Shown here piece by piece: positions 55,596 through 62,454 of a DNA stretch of 62,454 nt (its first letter is position 1; each line of letters begins with the position of its first letter). The stretch spans positions 1 to 62,454 of the forward strand of contig JARLHZ010000030.1 of the NCBI GenBank assembly GCA_031291995.1, written 5' to 3'. The notes beneath the pieces are model-generated. The model saw only the letters and a list, made by a program, of their open reading frames with translations. It was not told the origin of the DNA and did no database searches. A program made the position numbers and the translations under genes. The stretch is from Candidatus Doudnabacteria bacterium (GTDB lineage: Bacteria > Patescibacteriota > Doudnabacteria > UBA920).

Positions 55596-56174
55596 TTACC
55601 AGACATATGGGATGAGCGCCCAGGTCCGCTTTTTATAGTCCGGATATTGGTTCGGGAACTGCTTGGTCATCAGGCTCTCTTCAACCCGTACCCGCCAAAT
55701 AAATATGCCGGAGATGACAATAAAGAGCGCCGCCCAGACGGGGATTACAAATGCCGTTCCCAAAGCTGCGGCAATGATACCGGTATAAATTGGATGGCGC
55801 ACCAAACTGTATGGCCCGGATGTAATAAGTTCATGATCTTCCTTTAAGGCTGGCGCTGCGCTCCAGTTCCTGCCCAAATGCACCCGCGCCCAAATAGCGA
55901 ACGCCACGCCGAGCAGGCACAATACCGTACCAATTGCGGCCAGCGCCGTGTTTGCCGGAACCGCCTGCGAAATTCCCCAGTGCTGCGCCAGCGCACCGAG
56001 CGGCTCCTTTTTCCATATCACAGTTAAAATAACGGCAACAATCACAATCCGCAGCCACGCCAGCCGCCGCCACGGGCTGCGGCCCAGGTCGCGCTTGGCG
56101 CCAAAGGCGGAAATTACCCAAAACAAAATGAATGCCGCCCAGCTTAGGGAAACAATGTAAGTAAATGTATCCAT
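55596..56174 (-). CDS. Isoprenylcysteine carboxyl methyltransferase (ICMT/PEMT) family membrane protein
   Basis: HLGRNWS...LITSGPYSLVRHPIYTG. Confidence 0.7.
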   Translation of the reverse strand: MDTFTYIVSLSWAAFILFWVISAFGAKRDLGRSPWRRLAWLRIVIVAVILTVIWKKEPLGALAQHWGISQAVPANTALAAIGTVLCLLGVAFAIWARVHLGRNWSAAPALKEDHELITSGPYSLVRHPIYTGIIAAALGTAFVIPVWAALFIVISGIFIWRVRVEESLMTKQFPNQYPDYKKRTWALIPYVW

Positions 56175-56433
56175 AGAACAATAAATATAAACGCTTCCTT
56201 TAATTTTTAGCTAACTTTAAGCCCTTACAAGATATAACGTATCACACATATGATTATAACAAAAGCAAATTAATTACTAAAGGCAAAAGGGGTCAGGAGT
56301 GCTCTGTAGAAAATACCCAATCCGCTTATCCACTTTTGACTGGAATTTTGAAAAGTGGGACAATAAATGCAGAGAGTTTAAAAAGTCAAAAGAAGCTAAA
56401 ATAAATAGTCTGGTGGGCTATAGGCGCGTAGAT

Positions 56434-56461
56434 TTGACTTAGCTCCGTAAAAGTATATAAT
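56434..56461 (+). promoter_or_regulatory. Sigma-70-type promoter upstream of the riboswitch
   Basis: TTGACT (56434-56439), 16-nt spacer, TATAAT (56456-56461). Confidence 0.6.
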
Positions 56462-56483
56462 ACTTTTACTTTTAAATTTGATT

Positions 56484-56665
56484 GTTTATTTGGGGAAGTC
56501 CTGTGAGCCTAAGGCTTAAACCGTTAACAATTAATTAATAACCGGTAACCGCAGGTTACTTGTTATAAATTATCAGTTACTAGTTTGTACCTAAGGCAAT
56601 TCAGGCACTGTGCCGCAACTGTAAACCCCGACGTTACGTCGGGGAAGTCAGACTGCCAAATAAAC
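56484..56665 (+). promoter_or_regulatory. Cobalamin (B12) riboswitch aptamer carrying a 90-nt insertion
   Basis: 10-bp P1 (gtttatttgg / ccaaataaac), gggaagtcctgtgag...aattcaggcactgtgccgcaactgtaa core and a B12-box-like gaagtcagactgcc. Confidence 0.65.
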
Positions 56666-56750
56666 TGTTTCTTCCCGAGCAGGAAAATACCTTGGTATTT
56701 TTTGAATCGTCTCGGCAGGAGTCGATTTTTTAATTAACATTCGAGCGCGT

Positions 56751-59147
56751 ATGAAAATTTTAAGATCATTGGTATCGGTCGCAGTCTTAGCTTTTGTATT
56801 ATTTGTAATAATTCCACAGTTTGCGCGTGCCGCCGACGCGTCAACTACGCCGGATGTCGCTACAACCACTCCGGATATTGTGCCAGCCGCTTCGGTAAAT
56901 ATAAAGTTAAACGTGGAAGGTCCGACCTCAACAATTTTTAGCGGGGCTGTTTCCGTCTCGCCATGCGATACGCCGAATAACGCGAGTTCAACGCTTAATG
57001 GCTTTTGTATTTTTTCAGCCGCCGGGCTCAATATTAGCGCCACATGGTCGGCTTTGGGGGTGACGGTAAATTCCATAAACGGCGTTGTGGGGGATTGGCA
57101 ATGGTCGTTAAACGGGACGGTTCAAACTTTCGGCGTTGATGCTTATGCCCCGCAGGCCAATGACAATATCCTGTGGTCCCTGCCGCCCCCGCCACAGCAA
57201 GTTACCCTGACCATCCGCGACGGCGACAACACGGCCTTTTCGAGCCAGGTCCAACTGGTCAATCAAAACGCGCCGGACATTATGGTAACCCCGACCAATG
57301 CCACCACGAGCATTGCGGTTTCCCCGCGCAGCGTTTTGGGCCTGCTCGAACAGCTCCAGGCTTCATCCACGGCTTTTCAAATAACCGATCTTTCATATTC
57401 GGCCAGCTTCAGCTCTTTTTTAATCAATTGCATTAAGGTGCCGGCTGCGACGTCCACGCCCGATTGTTATAACTGGACCGACGCGGTTGACGGGTCATAT
57501 CCGCAGCTCGGTATTGACCATCAAATGCTAAAGGCCGGGGATGTTATATATTTATTCTTTGGTTCGCCTCAGCAGGTGTCGTTGTCGGCGAGTGCCGTGC
57601 CCGCCGGACAGCCGTTTACCGCCACCGCGCAGCAATATGATTTAACGTCAGGAATTTATAAGCCTCTTTCCGGAGTCACAATTGGAATCGGCACCCAAAC
57701 CTCCAGCCCCCCGCTTTATTTTGACGAATTGGCAACGTCAACCGTTGATTCAAACGGCCAGGCCTTGTTTACGTTAAACGCTACCGGAACGTTCGCTGCC
57801 GGTATTAAAGAAGATTATTATTTTCCGACCGCCCCGATTACTATTACTGACGCAACCTCAACCTCCACATCCACGCCGCAATCCGCCGGCAGCGGGAATT
57901 CCGGCGGCACGGCCAGCCATATATATTTAAATATTCCGGGTGCGCTGTCCTTTATTTCCTCCGGCCAGAACGCCGACGGTTCATTTTCTTCCGGCGATTT
58001 GACCGATTGGACCGCCTTGGCTTTTGCCGCGGCCAATCCGGGCGCGCCCAAAACCAAGCTCAAAAATTATTTATTAACCGCCAGCCCGGCCATGTCGGTG
58101 GCGACCGATTACGAGCGCCACGCTATGGCTCTGGAAGCTTTAGGCATCAACCCGTATTCGGGGACTCCTGTAAACTATATCGCGCCTATTTTGGCCGCTT
58201 CGGACGGAAAACAAATTGGTATATCCGATGTTAATGATGATATCTTTGCTCTACTGACCCTGGAACACGCGGGCTACACTTCTACGGATTCGATTATCAA
58301 ACAGGAAGCCGCTTACATTCTTTCCGTGCAAAATCCCGAAGGCAGCTGGGATAAAACGGCGGACATGACGGCGGCCGGCATTCAGGCTTTGGGTCCGCTG
58401 TTCGACATTGACGGTGTTAACGCCGCTCTCGGCCGGGCAGCCGGATATTTGGCATCCACGGAAAAAGCCGACGGCAGTTGGGGAAATATAGATTCCACCA
58501 GTTGGGCGCAAACGGCGATTAACGCGATTATAGAGGCGAACACTCCGGGATTTAATACCGAAAATCCCTGGACATCGTCAGGCGGATTATTTCCGACCGA
58601 CGCGATAGCCAAAGCCCAACTGTCCGACGGCGGTATAAATGTCCCGGCAAACCGCATTTGGAGCACCGGCTATGCCGTAGTCGCGGCTTCGGGCAAAAGC
58701 TGGGACAGTATTTTGCAGTCGTTTCCCAAACCGGCCGCTACTTTGGGCGGAACAAGCGTTTATGAAACCGGGACTTCTACCCCGACTTCCACTATAAATT
58801 CACTGTTAACCTCTACCTCAACTCCGGAAACCGCGACATCAACTTTATCTTCGACCTCATCCGCGCCCTCGCTAATCGAATTGGCAAATCCGATTTTAAT
58901 TATTTCCACTACCACCCCCGCGCCCGCAGTAAAACCCAAAATAAAAACTTTCAGGCCTCGCCGGAAAATTCAAAAACTCCAAAATTCCCCTGCCGTGCTC
59001 GGCGCGTCAACAGCTGCGTCTCCCACCCCAACCGCATTTCAATCGCAATCCTCGCCCAATACTTCCGCGTCCAACAACCAAACCGGCGGCAATTTCTTCA
59101 GCCACCTCTGGCAAGTCATAACCTCATTCTTCGCCCGCCTGTTTTAG
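56751..59147 (+). CDS. Surface protein with two DUF4430-like (transcobalamin beta-domain-like) modules, an Ig-like module, a prenyltransferase/terpene-cyclase-like alpha/alpha-barrel and an S/T-rich tail
   Basis: VNSINGVVGDWQWSLNG...NDNILWSL; WTDAVDGSYPQLGIDHQMLKAGDVIYLFF; repeats QNADGSFSS, QNPEGSWDK, EKADGSWGN and LSDGGIN. Confidence 0.6.
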   Translation: MKILRSLVSVAVLAFVLFVIIPQFARAADASTTPDVATTTPDIVPAASVNIKLNVEGPTSTIFSGAVSVSPCDTPNNASSTLNGFCIFSAAGLNISATWSALGVTVNSINGVVGDWQWSLNGTVQTFGVDAYAPQANDNILWSLPPPPQQVTLTIRDGDNTAFSSQVQLVNQNAPDIMVTPTNATTSIAVSPRSVLGLLEQLQASSTAFQITDLSYSASFSSFLINCIKVPAATSTPDCYNWTDAVDGSYPQLGIDHQMLKAGDVIYLFFGSPQQVSLSASAVPAGQPFTATAQQYDLTSGIYKPLSGVTIGIGTQTSSPPLYFDELATSTVDSNGQALFTLNATGTFAAGIKEDYYFPTAPITITDATSTSTSTPQSAGSGNSGGTASHIYLNIPGALSFISSGQNADGSFSSGDLTDWTALAFAAANPGAPKTKLKNYLLTASPAMSVATDYERHAMALEALGINPYSGTPVNYIAPILAASDGKQIGISDVNDDIFALLTLEHAGYTSTDSIIKQEAAYILSVQNPEGSWDKTADMTAAGIQALGPLFDIDGVNAALGRAAGYLASTEKADGSWGNIDSTSWAQTAINAIIEANTPGFNTENPWTSSGGLFPTDAIAKAQLSDGGINVPANRIWSTGYAVVAASGKSWDSILQSFPKPAATLGGTSVYETGTSTPTSTINSLLTSTSTPETATSTLSSTSSAPSLIELANPILIISTTTPAPAVKPKIKTFRPRRKIQKLQNSPAVLGASTAASPTPTAFQSQSSPNTSASNNQTGGNFFSHLWQVITSFFARLF

Positions 59148-59190
59148 TGGCAAAGGTGCTCTTTGCCACTAAAACCCCTCCGGAAATAAT

Positions 59191-59227
59191 AAAAAGCGCA
59201 GGATACCTCCAAGGTCCTGCGCTGTTT
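59191..59227. terminator. Hairpin terminator (mainly for the - strand gene 59252..59506)
   Basis: aaaa-agcgcagga...tcctgcgct-gttt. Confidence 0.6.
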
Positions 59228-59251
59228 GCGTTCTTGTGCCGTCGATCACGG

Positions 59252-59506
59252 TTATATGCCATCGTGGTATTCCAGCCAAGGATCGACGGTTTCCTCGTCA
59301 TGGGCTTCGTAATCCAGCTCGTAAGCTGGACTAATTTCATTTTCCCCTTCATCAGGGGTGCAAAAGGGGATTCCGCGAGGGCGGGTCAACCGGTCCGAAT
59401 CGGTTTCGCCCACATTTGGTAAGGCGTCCGGAATGACATCCGGTACACAGTGAGGCGTTTCAGGCGTGGTAATCAAATCGCCATTATCGTCAAAACGACT
59501 GGGCAT
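59252..59506 (-). CDS. Hypothetical small acidic protein (84 aa)
   Basis: ATG at 59506 is preceded by AAAGGAGGTG. D/E-rich sequence. Confidence 0.5.
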   Translation of the reverse strand: MPSRFDDNGDLITTPETPHCVPDVIPDALPNVGETDSDRLTRPRGIPFCTPDEGENEISPAYELDYEAHDEETVDPWLEYHDGI

Positions 59507-59740
59507 GATTCCGCACCTCCTTTTATATAATACTGTCAAAAAAACCCGCGAAAGTCCAGGCCTTTTTAAAAATTATTTATGGGTCGAAAAGGTAATTAAT
59601 ATGTCAAAATTTCACTTCTAATAGAATTTAAGTCCAGTATTAAATTTTTTCCGACTCCTGTCTCTGTCAATCTTTGTGCTGGCGACAAAAAAATGAACTC
59701 CGGCAAAATATTTCGCCCCGCCGGTTTCAGAAGTCCAACT

Positions 59741-59817
59741 AACTCCTAACTCCTAACTCCTAACTCCTAACTCCTAACTCCTAACTCCTAACTCCTAACT
59801 CCTAACTCCTAACTCCT
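59741..59817. repeat. Heptanucleotide tandem repeat (AACTCCT)x11; reads (AGGAGTT)n on the - strand
   Basis: Eleven perfect units. The stop codon of gene 59802..60428 lies in the second unit read from the - strand. Confidence 0.95.
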
Positions 59818-60428
59818 TTGCCCTCAAGCTCATACGTCGGCGTGTTGTGGCCGCCGGTTCTTTTAATTAGATTTTGTTTTTCCAGAAGTTTTAAATATCG
59901 CCAGGCGGTAAGACCGGTGCATCGCAACAGTTTTTTTACCTGTTGGTTGGTAATTTTGTTTTCCTTTTGAGCTAGCGCTAAAATTTTTAACAATTTTTCC
60001 TGTTTGACCTGCTGTTTTTTGGCCAGGGCCTGGGCGAGATGTTCTTTCCATTTGCCAAAATTTACGGTAAATTTTTGGTCCGCGGCTTGCGGCGGCAAGG
60101 CTATCGGGGTCTGTCCGGCCGCCGGCGCGGCAACGGGCGGCGGGTTCGGCAACGGAGGCGCGGTGATTACGGGAACGGGTGCGGGGTTTTCGACTGGCGC
60201 GGTTACGGTTTCAAGCGGCTGCGGCTCTTGGTTATTTATAACCGGCAAATTATCCGCTGCCGGCGAAATATCAACCGGCCCGGTTTGAGCCGGCTCGCCT
60301 GCGGCAGGCAGGCTCTCAGCCGGCAGCTGAATCGGGTTCGTCGGAGGCTGTAAAACTACCGCGTCAACCGGCGGGGCGGCTGTCGCCGAATCCGGGGCAA
60401 TAATCGGATTTTCCTGATTTTCAGGCAT
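59802..60428 (-). CDS. Pro-rich protein with C-terminal winged-helix DNA-binding domain
   Basis: ITNQQVKKLLRCTGLTAWRYLKLLEKQNLIKRTG. The ATG at 60428 was chosen. Confidence 0.5.
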   Translation of the reverse strand: MPENQENPIIAPDSATAAPPVDAVVLQPPTNPIQLPAESLPAAGEPAQTGPVDISPAADNLPVINNQEPQPLETVTAPVENPAPVPVITAPPLPNPPPVAAPAAGQTPIALPPQAADQKFTVNFGKWKEHLAQALAKKQQVKQEKLLKILALAQKENKITNQQVKKLLRCTGLTAWRYLKLLEKQNLIKRTGGHNTPTYELEGKGVRS

Positions 60429-60595
60429 ATCCCTTAAAATTATAATGTTGTAAGATTTTAGCTTAAGTATACACCCAAACTTTCGCGTAAGCATACTGCG
60501 CGGCACACCGAACCTAATTTTTCGGTAACTTTTCAGGCCAAACATCGTTATATTAATTTGGTATACTATAGTTAACATTAATAAGGACTACTCAT

Positions 60596-61633
60596 ATGAA
60601 AGCGGCTATTTTTTCGGGACCGGGAAAAATTGAAGTTCGGGAAGTGCCGGATCCGGCAATACAAAACGCGGACGACGCCATTGTCAGAATAACGCATGCC
60701 TGTATTTGCGGCTCCGATTTGTGGCCGTATCGCGGCTTGACCAAGCGTGATGCCGAAAGCCGTATTGGTCATGAGTTTATGGGAATAGTGGAAGAGGCGG
60801 GGGACGGGGTAAAAAATGTAAAAGTAGGGGATTTGGTAGTGGCGCCGTTTGTCATATCCGACGGCACTTGCCCGGAATGCCGGCTGGGCATGACCACGCG
60901 TTGCCGTAATATGCAGAGTTGGGGTGCCAAAGGAAACGACGGCGGCCAGGGTGAAAAAATTCGCGTGCCGCTGGCCAACGGTACTCTTTTTGCCATTCCT
61001 AAAAATCAAGTCACCGAACAAATGATGCCGGCTCTTTTGCCGCTGTCGGACGTTTTATGCACGGGGCACCATGCCGCCGTGAGCGCCGGAGTCAGGCAAG
61101 GCTCCACGGTGGCGGTTATTGGCGACGGCGCGGTAGGACTGTGCGCGGTGGCCGCCAGCAAAAGACTGGGCGCCTCAAGGATTTTCCATATTAGCACGCA
61201 CAAAGACCGTGCGGCCATTGGCCGGAAATTCGGCGCGACCGATACCGTTGCCGCCAGGGGAGAGGAGGCGGCCAAACAAATTAAGGACGCGACCGACAAC
61301 CTTGGCGTGGACTGCGCGCTGGAATGCGTCGGCACCGCCGAATCCTGGAATACGGCGTTTTCCGCGGTACGCGCCGGCGGCAATATTGGCGCGGTTGGTT
61401 TGCCGGTTCAAGTGCCCGACATTCCCGTTGCCAAAATCTTTTGGCCCAATATCGGCGTAAAAGGCAGCGCCGCTCCCGCCGCCAGTTATATTCCGGTACT
61501 TTTATCGGATGTGCTATCCGGCAAGCTGGATGTATCCGATATTTTTACCAAAACCATTCCGTTGTCCGATGTTGCCCAGGGCTACAAAGACATGGACGAG
61601 CGCAGGGAAATAAAAGTTCTAATAAAAATGTAA
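60596..61633 (+). CDS. Zn-dependent alcohol dehydrogenase (MDR family)
   Basis: CICGSDLW, GHEFMGIVEEAG and VIGDGAVGL. Confidence 0.8.
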   Translation: MKAAIFSGPGKIEVREVPDPAIQNADDAIVRITHACICGSDLWPYRGLTKRDAESRIGHEFMGIVEEAGDGVKNVKVGDLVVAPFVISDGTCPECRLGMTTRCRNMQSWGAKGNDGGQGEKIRVPLANGTLFAIPKNQVTEQMMPALLPLSDVLCTGHHAAVSAGVRQGSTVAVIGDGAVGLCAVAASKRLGASRIFHISTHKDRAAIGRKFGATDTVAARGEEAAKQIKDATDNLGVDCALECVGTAESWNTAFSAVRAGGNIGAVGLPVQVPDIPVAKIFWPNIGVKGSAAPAASYIPVLLSDVLSGKLDVSDIFTKTIPLSDVAQGYKDMDERREIKVLIKM

Positions 61634-61634
61634 A

Positions 61635-61778
61635 TTATTTTTTTGTTAAATGGTATATGCCAAAGCCGGCCAGCGCGGCAAAAGCAATGGTCGTGGACAC
61701 GGCCGGGCTGAGCATAGCGGAAAACAGCACCAACAGCGCCGCGAGTATCGCGCTTTGACCTTCTGTTTTATTGTTCAT
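61635..61778 (-). CDS. Possible 47-aa small membrane protein (below the ORF-track cut-off)
   Basis: MNNKTEGQSAILAALLVLFSAMLSPAVSTTIAFAALAGFGIYHLTKK, read manually. Confidence 0.25.
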   Translation of the reverse strand: MNNKTEGQSAILAALLVLFSAMLSPAVSTTIAFAALAGFGIYHLTKK

Positions 61779-61816
61779 GGATTTTTGTTAAATTCCGGTC
61801 CGGTTTCCGCGGACCT

Positions 61817-62284
61817 TTATCTTTGAATCAGGTTATTGTCATTTTGCGTATCAATGCATTGGGGGATTATGTCTTTGGGAAAGTTGTAGCGGTTGGCGGC
61901 ATCGCACGGGACTATGCCGTTGCCGTCAAAGGCCAATTGCCATCCCTCCGCGGTTTTTGCCGCAAACCATAGCCCGCCCCCGGCGTTGGCTTCGTTAAAT
62001 GAACCTTTGGCAAATTCTCCCGTATCGGTTATGAGCTGGGTGGTAATAGTATTGGCCGGGCGGTTGAATTTTTGGTTCAACATATCGGCCATTTGTTCGG
62101 CCACCGGTTTTGACTGCGCGCCGCCGCATCCCGTTTCGGGCATGGGGGCTGACGGGTTGCCGTGTTTTATCCACTGTCCGTTTTGGCAAAGCCAGGTGTC
62201 TTCGGGGCTTATTATCTTGGCTATAAACAATGTCCCAATAACAACAATTATCAGGACTAAAATCAACAGGTATTTTTTATTCAT
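61817..62284 (-). CDS. Hypothetical secreted or membrane-anchored protein
   Basis: MNKKYLLILVLIIVVIGTLFIA signal/anchor. Cys-containing soluble domain. Confidence 0.5.
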   Translation of the reverse strand: MNKKYLLILVLIIVVIGTLFIAKIISPEDTWLCQNGQWIKHGNPSAPMPETGCGGAQSKPVAEQMADMLNQKFNRPANTITTQLITDTGEFAKGSFNEANAGGGLWFAAKTAEGWQLAFDGNGIVPCDAANRYNFPKDIIPQCIDTQNDNNLIQR

Positions 62285-62389
62285 ATGTAGATGTTTAATT
62301 ATTGTACGACAATGTGTAATGCTATAAATTAATTACAAGTGTTAAAATTAGACTAAGGCACAAACAATTAACAAAGAAAGGAGCCAAGC

Positions 62390-62454
62390 ATGTCTAACAT
62401 TAACACCTACATCGGAGTCGACCTCCATAAGAAGACCTGCTACATGACGGTCAT
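62390..62454 (+). mobile_element. 5' end of an IS110-family (DEDD) transposase gene, truncated by the window edge
   Basis: MSNINTYIGVDLHKKTCYMTV, a typical IS110 N-terminus, preceded by AAAGGAG. Confidence 0.55.

Overview
This 62.5-kb window reads like a chromosome segment from a Candidate Phyla Radiation (Patescibacteria/Parcubacteria-type) bacterium. This placement is inferred from gene content and rRNA architecture; no search was run. Coding content is mostly + strand housekeeping: ligA, glmS, tdh-kbl, gap, pyk, ppsA and dnaG-rpoD. There is also a pilD gene followed by four prepilin-like genes, ending in an NHL-propeller protein. A - strand polyamine cluster holds aguA, aguB and a deoxyhypusine-synthase-like gene. 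Other units are a Zur-ZupT pair, two TrmB-like regulators and a DUF4258/DUF2283 pair. A visibly G+C-richer accessory block lies at 53-56 kb, and a truncated IS110 transposase start sits at the right edge. RNA genes are a 23S-5S operon with no 16S upstream and tRNA-Ser(GGA). The 23S is about 0.9 kb oversized because of two related 90-95 nt hairpin expansions and a 508-nt group-I-like insertion in the peptidyl-transferase region. A cobalamin riboswitch precedes a transcobalamin-like surface protein. The most unusual aspect is the non-coding and insertional layer:
- Intergenic hairpins are built from short degenerate 'words', each with its own vocabulary.
- Two palindromic MITE-like families sit just upstream of start codons.
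- Related G+C-rich hairpin insertions lie in frame inside LigA, DnaG, Kbl and an EndoQ-like gene.
- A GxxExxY nuclease-fold ORF sits in the loop of a word-repeat stem and is fused in frame to a prepilin.
- A 2.2-kb island is flanked by ~50-bp direct repeats.
- A GTATGAT-N3-ATCATAC box lies upstream of an RHH-nucleotidyltransferase fusion and of ppsA.

All calls come from reading the sequence and the ORF track. No HMM, BLAST or folding program was run.
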